The notes beneath the pieces were generated by a model that worked only from the letters and a program-made list of their open reading frames with translations, was not told where the DNA came from and ran no database searches. A stretch of 64,000 nucleotides of DNA, from assembly GCA_965116495.1 (NCBI GenBank), contig OZ220696.1, positions 1,792,001-1,856,000 of the forward strand, written 5' to 3'. The DNA comes from Gammaproteobacteria bacterium. GTDB lineage: Bacteria > Pseudomonadota > Gammaproteobacteria > Eutrophobiales > Eutrophobiaceae. Positions 19,486 through 29,411 of this stretch are shown in pieces (the first letter of the stretch is position 1; every line of letters begins with the position of its first letter). Made by a program: the position numbers and the translations under genes.

Positions 19486-19992
19486 ATGTCAAAGTTAACC
19501 GTATTACATTTTCCGGATCCACGATTACGCAAAAAGGCGCGGCCCGTTGCCGGCGTGGACGCGGGGATCAAACGGCTGTCACAGGATCTGCTGGAAACCA
19601 TGTACGCGGAAAACGGCATCGGCCTTGCCGCCACCCAGGTGAATGTGCAACAACGGGTCGTCGTCATGGACCTTTCGGCTGAGCGAGACACTCCCATGAC
19701 CCTGATCAACCCGGAAATCATGGAAACAACAGGCAACGAGGAGACGGAGGAAGGCTGTCTTTCGGTGCCTGGGTTTTCCGATGTTGTGCAGCGGGCTGAA
19801 AAAATTTCCTACCGTTACCTCAACCTGGACGGGGAGGTAATCGAAGATGAGGCCGACGGTTTGCGCGCAGTCTGTATCCAGCATGAAATCGATCATCTTG
19901 ACGGAAAGCTGTTCATCGATTACCTGTCACCGATTAAAAAACAGCGCCTCCGTAAGAAGATAGAGAAGCAGAACAAAATCCGCGCCTTGTGA
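19486..19992 (+). CDS. def: Peptide deformylase
   Basis: GIGLAATQ, EGCLS, QHEIDHLDG; start placed at MSKLTVLHFPD. Confidence 0.97.
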   Translation: MSKLTVLHFPDPRLRKKARPVAGVDAGIKRLSQDLLETMYAENGIGLAATQVNVQQRVVVMDLSAERDTPMTLINPEIMETTGNEETEEGCLSVPGFSDVVQRAEKISYRYLNLDGEVIEDEADGLRAVCIQHEIDHLDGKLFIDYLSPIKKQRLRKKIEKQNKIRAL

Positions 19993-20915
19993 TCCTCTCC
20001 TTTGCCGGCACGCCCGATTTCGCCGCAGTCATTCTCAGGGCGCTGCTGGAAAACCCGCAGCACAAAACCAGGTACGTGTACACCCAACCGGACCGGCCGG
20101 CGGGACGCGGCAGGAAAACGCGCCCGGGAGCGGTCAAGCAGATCGCGCAGCAATTTGCCATCCAGGTCAGACAACCCGCAACCCCGGCAGAACTCGCGCA
20201 GGACGCCGGGTTAAGCGATATCGATGCGCTGGTTGTCGTCGCTTACGGCTTGATCCTGCCGGCTCAGGTCCTGGCGCAGCCTCGCTACGGTTGCATAAAT
20301 GTCCATGCATCCCTGCTTCCCAGGTGGCGCGGCGCAGCACCAGTTCAGCGGGCAGTTCAGGCGGGTGACGGGGAGACAGGAATTTCGATCATGGCCATGG
20401 ACAGCGGCATTGATACCGGAAAAATCCTGTTGCAGAAGTCCTGCCTAATCCATAGTACCGACACAGCTTCAACCCTGTCGGGGCGACTGGCATCACTGGG
20501 CAGTGAGTGCCTGCTGGAGGCCCTGGACAGACTCGCTGCCGGCTCCATCGACCTGGTAGAACAGGATGACGGGCCAGCAACCTATGCCGGCAAAGTGAGC
20601 AAGCGGGAGGCTGAAATTGACTGGAATGCGGGAGCGGAACAAATAGCGCGGAATATCCGTGCGTTCAATCCGGCGCCGGTTGCATTTACCTCTCTGAACA
20701 ATATGAAAATACGCGTCTGGGATGCCGCGGTACTGGACACCGGCGCAGCGGAGGGCAACCCCGGTGAAATCATCGCCTACAGCCCGGAAGGACTGGATAT
20801 CTCGACCGGAAACCGGGTTCTGCGCATTCTCTCGCTACAACTGGAGGGAAAGAAAAAACAAGGTATCAGGGAGATCTGCAACGGCTATCCCGGCCTGTTC
20901 GCACCGGGTAAATGA
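19989..20915 (+). CDS. fmt: Methionyl-tRNA formyltransferase
   Basis: FAGTPDFA, TQPDRPAGRG, NVHASLLPRWRGAAP. Confidence 0.97.
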   Translation: MILSFAGTPDFAAVILRALLENPQHKTRYVYTQPDRPAGRGRKTRPGAVKQIAQQFAIQVRQPATPAELAQDAGLSDIDALVVVAYGLILPAQVLAQPRYGCINVHASLLPRWRGAAPVQRAVQAGDGETGISIMAMDSGIDTGKILLQKSCLIHSTDTASTLSGRLASLGSECLLEALDRLAAGSIDLVEQDDGPATYAGKVSKREAEIDWNAGAEQIARNIRAFNPAPVAFTSLNNMKIRVWDAAVLDTGAAEGNPGEIIAYSPEGLDISTGNRVLRILSLQLEGKKKQGIREICNGYPGLFAPGK

Positions 20916-22213
20916 ACCTTCGGACGGTTGCGGCAAAGACCATCTGCCGGGTCGTCGATAACGGACTGACCCTTGATGCGGCACTGGCGGAGTGCCTGCC
21001 CGTTGTCGAGCGCCGGGATGACCGCGGGTTCGTCAAAGAGCTTTGCTTCGGTACGCTGCGCTGGTTCGATCAACTGGAGTTCATGCTTGGGCGCTTCCTG
21101 GACAAACCCCTGAAAGCGCGGGACAGCGATATCAGGGTGCTTATCCTGGTCGGCCTTTATCAACTGCACCACCTCGGTACCCCCGCCCATGCGGCGACCT
21201 CGGAAACCGTAAACGCTACATTGGAACTGGGCAAGGAATGGGCAAAGCCGCTGGTTAACGCGCTGCTGCGGCGTTCGCAACGGGACTACACACGGCTCAG
21301 GGCGGAACTTGACCGGCACCACAATGCGCGCTATTCCCATCCGGGCTGGCTGATTGACAGGCTCCGGTCGGACTGGCCCGACCTGTGGGAAGCCGTACTG
21401 GATGCCAATAACCAACGGCCGCCGCAACATTTGCGGGTTAACGTGTTACGCACCTCCAGGGAAAACTACCTGGAAGAACTGCAGCGGGGCGGGATCCGTG
21501 CACAACCTTTTGACTTGACGTCCAGCGCCATTCAGGTGACGGACCCGGTTGACGTCAACCTGATGCCCGGTTTCGATAACGGTGACGTATCGGTGCAGGA
21601 TGCCGGCGCCCAGTTGGCGGCTACGTTGCTGGACCCGCAACCGGGGGACAGGATCCTGGACGCGTGCGCCGCGCCCGGCGGAAAAACCGCCCATATCTGT
21701 GAAATACAGCCGCAGATTGGTGAGATTGCGGCCCTGGACATAGACGCAACACGCATCGTCCGGCTGAAAGGCACCCTGGCCCGGTTGAAGCTGGAAGCCA
21801 CCGTGATCGAGGCAGACGCCGTCGGGAACGAGGCCTGGTGGGACGGGCGCCCGTTTGACCGTATCCTGCTGGATGCGCCATGCAGCGCCACCGGGGTCAT
21901 CCGCCGCCATCCCGATATTAAACGGCTGAAATCCCCGGAGCAGATCCCTGCCCTGCAAACCAGCCAGGCAGAACTGCTCGCGGCCCTGTGGCCGTTGCTG
22001 AAACCGGGCGGCAGGCTGCTCTATTCAACCTGTTCCCTGTTGCATGATGAGAACGACCGGGTAATCGAAACATTCATGGAAAACCATCCCCCGGCAGAGC
22101 TTGAAAACATCCGTGTGGAATGGGGATGCGCTACCGGATACGGCCGGCAACTGTTGCCCTGCCTTGACGATACAGACGGGTTCTACTATGCGGTGTTGAC
22201 CAGGGTGGCTTGA
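20912..22213 (+). CDS. rsmB: 16S rRNA m5C967 methyltransferase
   Basis: NusB-like N-terminus, DACAAPGGKT, DAPCSATGVIRRHPD, YSTCS, DGFYYA; follows fmt. Confidence 0.96.
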   Translation: MNLRTVAAKTICRVVDNGLTLDAALAECLPVVERRDDRGFVKELCFGTLRWFDQLEFMLGRFLDKPLKARDSDIRVLILVGLYQLHHLGTPAHAATSETVNATLELGKEWAKPLVNALLRRSQRDYTRLRAELDRHHNARYSHPGWLIDRLRSDWPDLWEAVLDANNQRPPQHLRVNVLRTSRENYLEELQRGGIRAQPFDLTSSAIQVTDPVDVNLMPGFDNGDVSVQDAGAQLAATLLDPQPGDRILDACAAPGGKTAHICEIQPQIGEIAALDIDATRIVRLKGTLARLKLEATVIEADAVGNEAWWDGRPFDRILLDAPCSATGVIRRHPDIKRLKSPEQIPALQTSQAELLAALWPLLKPGGRLLYSTCSLLHDENDRVIETFMENHPPAELENIRVEWGCATGYGRQLLPCLDDTDGFYYAVLTRVA

Positions 22214-22277
22214 CGGCTATCCCTTACAATGTCTAAATAGAATAAACTTCAAGCCGCCACTTCCACGACCAGACCCC

Positions 22278-23060
22278 ATGATTTCAACAGATTCGAAAGA
22301 TTTCATCGGCTCAATCGCACGCTGCATGAAAGTTGTCACGGCGTTTGATGCGGAAGATGTTGAAATGTCGCCGGCGGACGTGGCCGCAAAAACCGGCCTG
22401 ACGCGGGCGACAGCCAGAAGAATACTGCTGACCCTGACTGCCCTGGGGTATGTGGCCAGTGACGGCAAGTGGTTCCGGTTGTCGCCAAAAATGCTCGATC
22501 TGGGGTTTGCTTACCTGGCTTCCATGCAGATTGGCGAGGTGATCCAGCCGATTATCAATGCCGCCAGCAAGAAGGTTGGAGAAACGTGCGCGATCTCGGT
22601 ACTGGAGGGTGAGGATATTGTCAGTATAGCCCACAGCTCGTTCGATCGTTTCGACCGGGTGACGTTCTATCCCGGGACACACATGCCGGCCTGTACTTCG
22701 GCCGCCGGGAGGGTGTTGCTGGCGCACCAGAATAGGGAAAAACTCGATGCGTACCTGAGCAATGTCAGGCTTAAGCGCCACACACCGAACACGATTACCA
22801 GCAGAACGGATTTAATCGATGAACTGGAACAGGCCAAGCGTCGGGGATATGCCCGCGTTGACGGAGAACTCGAAGTCGGTCTGTACACGGTCGCAGCGCC
22901 GATTGTAACTGATGAAAAGGTTCCCATAGCCGCCGTCACTTTCGGCGGTAACGTCGCTCGCATCAATGATGGGAACATCGAAACGAAATACCTGCCTGAA
23001 TTATTCAAAGTTGCGGCACGATTAAGTCGACTGTTGCCGAACAGGCATTCGATTATTTGA
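22278..23060 (+). CDS. IclR-family regulator (PcaR/PobR-like)
   Basis: TGLTRATARRILLTLTALGY HTH, PACTSAAGRVLLA, DGELEVGL. Confidence 0.92.
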   Translation: MISTDSKDFIGSIARCMKVVTAFDAEDVEMSPADVAAKTGLTRATARRILLTLTALGYVASDGKWFRLSPKMLDLGFAYLASMQIGEVIQPIINAASKKVGETCAISVLEGEDIVSIAHSSFDRFDRVTFYPGTHMPACTSAAGRVLLAHQNREKLDAYLSNVRLKRHTPNTITSRTDLIDELEQAKRRGYARVDGELEVGLYTVAAPIVTDEKVPIAAVTFGGNVARINDGNIETKYLPELFKVAARLSRLLPNRHSII

Positions 23061-23074
23061 TTTTCGGGTGACTA

Positions 23075-24229
23075 ATGCAGGCTGACAAATTATTCCTGGC
23101 AGTAACTACCGCCAAGTTTATCAGTGTCCTCGGTCTCCTGTTGATGCCGGTGCAGATCGGGGCCATGATCGACGGTCTGGGCCTCGGTGAAGCAGCAATC
23201 GGTTTTCTGGCGACACTGGAATTTTCCGCGCTGGGGGCTGGTCTCATATTCGTTGCCATAAACCCCTTGAAAACGTCGGCGCTGAGGTACGCGCTGATTG
23301 GCGCTGCTTTGATTGTAACAGGCCAGGTAGCCTCCGCGCTGGTTACCGGGTATGGCGTTCTGACGGCATTGCGTTGTCTCGTCGGTTTTGGCGCGGGTCT
23401 CGCCAATGCGGCGGCAACGGTGACTATAGCGGCGAGTTTCAGGGCGCCCGAGCGTACCGCCGGCTACGCGTTCGGACTGGTTTACCTGGTAGGCGGCGCG
23501 CTCTACCTGGCCTCACCGTATATGACCGGGTACGGGTACCACAAAGGTGTTTTCCTGAGCCTGGCCGTCGTCGTTCTGGTGTGCATACCGTTACTTTTTG
23601 CCTTGCCGGATACACCGCTGAAGAAGACAAAAAGGGCCGTAGCCGGACCGGACGCCATATTAAGCGTAACCGCTTTTTTGCTGTTTACCGCCGAGGTATT
23701 CCTGATGATCGGCATGGGCGCGGCCTGGGCCTTTGGCGAGCGTATGGGACTGGCCGTTAACCTGACACCGCATGAGATAGGGTTTTATTTTGCCTGCACC
23801 ATGATTGCGTCCATTGCCGGCTCGCTGTTTGCAGGCTGGCTGGGCACGCGCTACGGCAGGACGCTGCCTTTCGTCGTCTGTACGATACTGGTCGCCATCT
23901 GTTGCTATTTTATGGCTAACCCCGGTATCGCCCTGGTCTATGTGCTCTGCCTGCTGAGTTTTCAGGTGTTCCAGGCGTTGTTCATACCTTTTCTGATCGG
24001 GACGGGCGCGGCCCTGGAGAGCAGCGGGCGGCTGTCCGCTGCCGTGGTGGCGGTAGAGATATTCAGCTTCGGCGTCGGAGGGGTTGCCGGCGGTGCGGTA
24101 GTTGAGGCCTTCGGCCTGGCGGCAATAGGCTGGCTGGCGGCCCTGGGCGCTGTCGTCGCAATCCCGCTGCTCATTATGGTTTGCCTGCCCCTGGACCGGC
24201 AATGGCGGTTTAACCTGCGTGCGTGCTGA
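23075..24229 (+). CDS. MFS transporter
   Basis: About 12 hydrophobic segments; GWLGTRYGR motif. Confidence 0.82.
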   Translation: MQADKLFLAVTTAKFISVLGLLLMPVQIGAMIDGLGLGEAAIGFLATLEFSALGAGLIFVAINPLKTSALRYALIGAALIVTGQVASALVTGYGVLTALRCLVGFGAGLANAAATVTIAASFRAPERTAGYAFGLVYLVGGALYLASPYMTGYGYHKGVFLSLAVVVLVCIPLLFALPDTPLKKTKRAVAGPDAILSVTAFLLFTAEVFLMIGMGAAWAFGERMGLAVNLTPHEIGFYFACTMIASIAGSLFAGWLGTRYGRTLPFVVCTILVAICCYFMANPGIALVYVLCLLSFQVFQALFIPFLIGTGAALESSGRLSAAVVAVEIFSFGVGGVAGGAVVEAFGLAAIGWLAALGAVVAIPLLIMVCLPLDRQWRFNLRAC

Positions 24230-25589
24230 AATCCGGTTGTGCCTTATCGAATACCAGCGCCAGGATCTGCACCATTTCATCGACGTCCTCATTGCTGAAA
24301 ACCAGCGGCGGAGAAATGATCAGGTTCGAACCAAGGTTCCTGATCAGCAAGCCTTCCCGGCGCGTCAGGTCCTGGATAAGTTCAAGAAAGGGATCGCCCG
24401 GCATGAAGGATTCCTTCGACGATTTGTCCATGACCAGTTCTATGGCCATCATCAGGCCCTTCCCCCTGATATCACCGATAAAATCATAATGAGCCAGTTC
24501 GTTTTTCAGTTTCGCCAGGCAATAGCTACCCACCTGCGCGGCATTTGCCGGCAGCGCTTCATCTTCGACAATCTGCAGGGCGGCGTTGGCCGCGGCACAG
24601 GCAAGCGGATGTCCCGAATAGGTGTAGCCGTGCAGGATGGCGGCCAGCGGGTGATCGGAATCCCAGGCCTGGCGCACGCGTTCGTTAACCACGGTTGCGC
24701 CTAACGGGATATATCCGGAATTGATCCCTTTTGCCAGGCACATGATGTCAGGTTTGACGCCCCAGCCGCGGCAACCGAACATGCTGCCGCTGCGGCCAAA
24801 GCCGGTGACGACCTCATCGGCAATGAGCAATACCCCGTATTTGTCGCAGACTTGCCTGACCAGCGGCCAGTAGTTGTCCGGCGGTACGATCACGCCGCCG
24901 GCGCCCTGTACCGGTTCGGCAATGAACGCGGCAACCGTATGCGGCCCATGGTGCAGGATCTCCCGCTCAAGCAGGTCGGCGCAGATCTTTCCCAGTTCCT
25001 CAGGATCATCCGAGTAGGGGTTGCGGTATAACCAGGGGGTGTCGACCTGGAAACAACCGGGGAGAACCGGTTCGTACATGGAACGAAGGTACATCTGGCC
25101 GCCGATGGACGTGCCGCCGAAATGCACCCCGTGGTACCCCTGTTTCAGCGATATGAATTTTGTCCGTTGCGCTTCACCCGCCAGCTTCCAGTATTGCCGC
25201 GCCAGTTTCAGTGCGGTTTCGTTTGCATCAGAACCGCCGGAGCTGAAGAAAACCCGCTGCATGCCTTCCGGCGCGAGCATGCGCGTCAGCCGTTCGGCGA
25301 GTTCCATGACAGGCAGGTTGCTGGTGTCGCCAAAGGTGGTGTAATAGGGTAGTTTATCCATTTGGGCATTGATGGCCTGCTTCACTTCGTCACGCCCGTG
25401 GCCTACATTGACGCACCACAATCCCCCCTGGGTATCCAGGTAGCGTTTTCCGTCCGTGTCATGGACATAAACGCCTTCTGCGCGCTCGAATACCAGTGGC
25501 GGCGACTGTTCCGCCGATTTCGGCTCGGCCATCGGATGCCAGTGGTGGACTTTTAGCTGCGAGTTATCTAATTGCGCGATGTTTTCCAT
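24210..25589 (-). CDS. Class III aminotransferase (omega-amine/polyamine:pyruvate type)
   Basis: GGLWCVNVGHG, AEPVQGAGGV, IADEVVTGFGR, AKG, HGYTYSGHP. Confidence 0.9.
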   Translation of the reverse strand: MENIAQLDNSQLKVHHWHPMAEPKSAEQSPPLVFERAEGVYVHDTDGKRYLDTQGGLWCVNVGHGRDEVKQAINAQMDKLPYYTTFGDTSNLPVMELAERLTRMLAPEGMQRVFFSSGGSDANETALKLARQYWKLAGEAQRTKFISLKQGYHGVHFGGTSIGGQMYLRSMYEPVLPGCFQVDTPWLYRNPYSDDPEELGKICADLLEREILHHGPHTVAAFIAEPVQGAGGVIVPPDNYWPLVRQVCDKYGVLLIADEVVTGFGRSGSMFGCRGWGVKPDIMCLAKGINSGYIPLGATVVNERVRQAWDSDHPLAAILHGYTYSGHPLACAAANAALQIVEDEALPANAAQVGSYCLAKLKNELAHYDFIGDIRGKGLMMAIELVMDKSSKESFMPGDPFLELIQDLTRREGLLIRNLGSNLIISPPLVFSNEDVDEMVQILALVFDKAQPDFSTHAG

Positions 25590-25608
25590 TTTATTTACCT
25601 TGTCTGGT

Positions 25609-27228
25609 TCAGGATTGGTGTTGCCCGGCTGCCGGTTCCACGGCGGCGTCCGCCATGGCCTTCAGCCTGCGTTTATCGGGTTTGTTGTTCGGTAACAGCG
25701 GCAGTGATGTCGTCGTCACGACATGCTTTGGAATTTTGTAATCAGCAAGATGTAACCTGGAATAATCATGCAGGGATTGTTCGTCAACGGATTGCCCCGG
25801 CGCCGGTGTCACATAGGCATAGCCCACCTCACCATAAACGGGATCGGGCACGCCGACGACACAGGCCAGGTTTACGGACGGGTGAGATTCGAGCACCTGT
25901 TCGATCTCCTTGGGGTAGACGTTATAGCCACCCGACTTGTACATGTCGGACAAGCGCCCGACCAGTACGATATTGCCGTCGTCACGTTTCATGGCTACAT
26001 CTTTGGTATGCAACCATCCATCGTTATCGATCGCCTGCGCGGTGGCTTCCGGCAGGCGCCAGTATTCTTTCATGATAAACGGACCGCGCAGGAGAATTTC
26101 ACCCGGCTCGCCTTTTTGTACATCCTTGCCGCACTCATCAACCAGGCGGAACCCGCAATCGGCCAGCGGCTTGCCGACACTCTGCGACAACAGGTCAATA
26201 TCATCAGTTGAGGGAATTGCGGTCGCCGCCCCGGCGGCTTCCGTCAAGGCATACATGCTGGTAATGGCAGGACAGATCTCCCTGCACAGGCGTTCCAGCA
26301 AGGGTTTCGATGTCGCACCGCCGCTGTAGGAGATTTCTTTGATCGATGATAAATCCGTACCGGAAAAATCGGGGTGGTCCAGTATACTCTGCAACATGAC
26401 CGGTACACCGCCCCAGACGGTGATGCGTTTTTCCTGAATTGTCCTCAGCACCGTTTCAGGATCGAATTTTTCCAAGTAATGACCTGTGCCCCCGGTAACG
26501 AGACAGTACACCGAACACGCGATTATTCCGGCAATATGATTAATGGGATATGCGTTAATCATCCTGACAGCGCCGGCTGAACGGAGCGATATTTGTACAT
26601 GCGCATGGCGGATGGCGCCGTAATGGTGCAGCACCGCGCCTTTCGGCCTGCCCGTCGTCCCGGACGTATAGACGATGAACGCCGCGTCCTTACTCGTTAC
26701 ATCGTTCCGTGCATCCGTCAGGGCATCATTCCCGGCGTTGCTCCCGTCCGCAATAAAATCCTTGAAAGAACGTGCAGGAGGCGGTCCATCATCGTCGCCA
26801 AGCGCGATAAGGTGTTTGACACTCCGGACCTTGGCGCGGATGTAGTTTAACTCTTCATGATATTGACGATTGCCGATCCGGATCCTGGCGAAAATAACGG
26901 CAGGTTCGGAATCGGAAACCACGTGTTCCAGTTCGGTGCGCGTATAACGCGGGTTGAGCCCTACCCAGATCCCACCAATTGCCGTCGTCGCCAGGAGAAT
27001 AATGAAATAATCCGGGTGCGGCGGGGAGAGTGTCGCCACCCGGTCCCCTTTTCCGATGCCAAGCGCCAGCAACCCCCGGGCGCAGTCTTCCACGCGACCA
27101 AGCAGGGCAGCATACGAGAGCATGTCTTCGCCGATACCAACGGCGTCCCCCTCCGGTGTTGCACCGGCATGGTGATATAAGTAATCGCTGATACGTTTAT
27201 CCTGGAACTGTGCCGGATTGACTTTCAT
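25609..27228 (-). CDS. Acyl-CoA synthetase (AMP-binding)
   Basis: YTSGTTGRPKG, YALTE, GRLSDMYKSGGYNVYPKEIE. Confidence 0.9.
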   Translation of the reverse strand: MKVNPAQFQDKRISDYLYHHAGATPEGDAVGIGEDMLSYAALLGRVEDCARGLLALGIGKGDRVATLSPPHPDYFIILLATTAIGGIWVGLNPRYTRTELEHVVSDSEPAVIFARIRIGNRQYHEELNYIRAKVRSVKHLIALGDDDGPPPARSFKDFIADGSNAGNDALTDARNDVTSKDAAFIVYTSGTTGRPKGAVLHHYGAIRHAHVQISLRSAGAVRMINAYPINHIAGIIACSVYCLVTGGTGHYLEKFDPETVLRTIQEKRITVWGGVPVMLQSILDHPDFSGTDLSSIKEISYSGGATSKPLLERLCREICPAITSMYALTEAAGAATAIPSTDDIDLLSQSVGKPLADCGFRLVDECGKDVQKGEPGEILLRGPFIMKEYWRLPEATAQAIDNDGWLHTKDVAMKRDDGNIVLVGRLSDMYKSGGYNVYPKEIEQVLESHPSVNLACVVGVPDPVYGEVGYAYVTPAPGQSVDEQSLHDYSRLHLADYKIPKHVVTTTSLPLLPNNKPDKRRLKAMADAAVEPAAGQHQS

Positions 27229-27271
27229 GATTGTGGTTTGATCACTTCCCCCGATCCCTTTCGGCTGATAA

Positions 27272-29239
27272 TCAGATCAGACCCAGCGCCTGGCGCGCGG
27301 CCCGCTCACCTTCTTCAATGCCGCGCGACCAGAGTTGCTGTCCGGACAGTTCGGAGTGGCCGACAGTGACACGGCCATAGCCCTCCCGGACCACGTCGCG
27401 CGGCGCCGGCGCACCGTTCTTCCCGAAATAAAATCCCGGTTGGGGCGCGATGTAGGCGTGTCCCCAGCGGTTCAGGACGATCGCGGCGATATCCCGTTTT
27501 GCATCGAACCCGGCCATACCGAATAGTTTCTGCATCTGCCGGCGTACCTGGATCTCTATCGAGCGGTAACTGCCGGCAAACAACTGGTGGCGACCCAGTA
27601 CCGTCTGTTGCTGAAGCGGCACACCTGGGCTGAGATACGGGACGTAAAACGTCAGTACGGTAGGTTTGGCCGGATCCAGCGGGTCCGCTTTACCGTCGAT
27701 CACCATTTGCCGCCGCAGGTTGGTGTACCAGCCAAAGCCGCTGAACCACTGGGCGGCGGAGATGCCCAAGCGCTCCATGAACTGCCAGTTACGTACCGCT
27801 ACGTTCACCGTCAGCATCGGCGCATGGTAGAACTGTGCATAGGCATCCCGGTGCGGCGCCGGCAGGTCACGCAATATATGCCTGTTGACCCAGCCGCCGC
27901 TGGCCATCACGACCGAGCGGGCCCTGACCCGGTAGAGCCTGCCGCCCTTGTGGTAAATCACGTTCACGAACCCGGACTTGTCCGGCGTACCGTTATGCTC
28001 TACGTGGACGGCCGTTGCATCGAGGCGGATGCGTACCTGTTGTCCGCTCCGGTCGAGGGCCTGCCAGTTCACATTACCCCATAAAACGTCTTTCAGGTCG
28101 TTGCCGCCGGCGATTGAATCCGGGATCATGGCTTTGACAAAATGGCGCGCGGTACCGGTATTGCCGCCGGGCCAGCTCACCAGCGAAATCTGGTGGACAT
28201 CGGCAGGGTCGATTCCCCGCGCTTCGTAATAGCGGTCGGTAAATGCACGCGTACCAGGCAGGTAAAAATCAAACGCCGTATACGCGGATATCTGGTCACC
28301 GCCCAGGCCACCCCCCGCCGCGGCAAAAGCCTTGTCGACAAATGGCAATACTCCGGGCGAACAACCCATTTCCCTGACAACGAAATCACGGTAAGTCATG
28401 GAATCCAGCCAGGGCTCCCAGTCTTCCCGGTCCGGCGGCGTATAATAATTTTCCAGCCGCACCAGGTCCCGTCTTACCCTGTCCGTTAACGGCGCATCCT
28501 TGAAATCGTTCGCCCAGGGATTAATTATCCATTCTCCGCCCTGGTCATTGTCGAAAAAATAGCCCGTTGTCGCACCGCCCCGGTCACTGTACATGGACGT
28601 ATAGTGGTCTGCAGGGACAGCCAACCCGTGTTGGCTGCCGGTAACTTCCTGGAATTCGAACGAGTCGGGCAAGCCGAGATCGTGCCAGTAACGATGGAAC
28701 AGGCCGTATTTTGTCGCATATTTCGGTGGCCAGATCATGCCGTTGGAGCCCTGTGGCGCGGTCAGGTGATAGCCGTCCACCTCGAATTCATTCTGCTTCG
28801 CTTCTCCCCCGAAAATGGAATGATTGTCCAGCAACAGGCAGGTCTGTTTTTTTTCCGCTTCCCTGGTAAAGGTGTAGGCGGCTCCCAGGCCGGCGAAGCC
28901 ACCTCCCACGATTACCATATCGAATGTCTCCCTGCTGTCTTCGGCGTCCCGGATCGAGGATTGATAGCGGCCGTCACGAATACCGTGGGCGGCATTGACG
29001 ACCCCGGCGGTGTTACCATTGGCCCGGGCGTAGTCGCCGACACCACCGTAGCCGGTCCAGTCTTCGCCAACGTCAGGCAGCGTTGCCTGGGCGGATGCCG
29101 TTCGCAACAAGCCCGGCGCCTGCATGGTCAGGAGTGTCGCGCCGCTGCCGATCAGGCCGGTATTGATAAAATCGCGCCGGGTGATGTCGGCGCCAAGCCC
29201 GAGAGCATCCAACTCATTATCGTTTCTGCGTTCAGTCAT
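27272..29239 (-). CDS. Tat-exported spermidine dehydrogenase-like flavoprotein
   Basis: ITRRDFING-type Tat signal (ITRRDFINT), GGGFAG, LLLDNH..FGGEAKQNEF, NRWGHAY; resembles Pseudomonas SpdH, recognised from memory. Confidence 0.75.
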   Translation of the reverse strand: MTERRNDNELDALGLGADITRRDFINTGLIGSGATLLTMQAPGLLRTASAQATLPDVGEDWTGYGGVGDYARANGNTAGVVNAAHGIRDGRYQSSIRDAEDSRETFDMVIVGGGFAGLGAAYTFTREAEKKQTCLLLDNHSIFGGEAKQNEFEVDGYHLTAPQGSNGMIWPPKYATKYGLFHRYWHDLGLPDSFEFQEVTGSQHGLAVPADHYTSMYSDRGGATTGYFFDNDQGGEWIINPWANDFKDAPLTDRVRRDLVRLENYYTPPDREDWEPWLDSMTYRDFVVREMGCSPGVLPFVDKAFAAAGGGLGGDQISAYTAFDFYLPGTRAFTDRYYEARGIDPADVHQISLVSWPGGNTGTARHFVKAMIPDSIAGGNDLKDVLWGNVNWQALDRSGQQVRIRLDATAVHVEHNGTPDKSGFVNVIYHKGGRLYRVRARSVVMASGGWVNRHILRDLPAPHRDAYAQFYHAPMLTVNVAVRNWQFMERLGISAAQWFSGFGWYTNLRRQMVIDGKADPLDPAKPTVLTFYVPYLSPGVPLQQQTVLGRHQLFAGSYRSIEIQVRRQMQKLFGMAGFDAKRDIAAIVLNRWGHAYIAPQPGFYFGKNGAPAPRDVVREGYGRVTVGHSELSGQQLWSRGIEEGERAARQALGLI

Positions 29240-29290
29240 ACCTGGTTGTCTCCGCGTGATGTTGTTCCATTACAAATCGGTGTCTTTTTA

Positions 29291-29358
29291 TTGACACGCC
29301 ATAACTAACAATAGTATTATGAACGTATGGCGTTCAATTGTACGTTATGCGTACAATT
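29291..29358 (+). promoter_or_regulatory. Sigma70-like promoter followed by tandem IclR/PcaR-type operators
   Basis: TTGACA (29291)-N18-TATTAT (29315); TGAACG-N5-CGTTCA (29320-29336); AATTGTACG-N5-CGTACAATT (29336-29358). Confidence 0.7.
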
Positions 29359-29411
29359 TAGTGTAACATACTTTTTGCTACAATGAGAAGTTTACTCGGG
29401 GATCTAAAATC

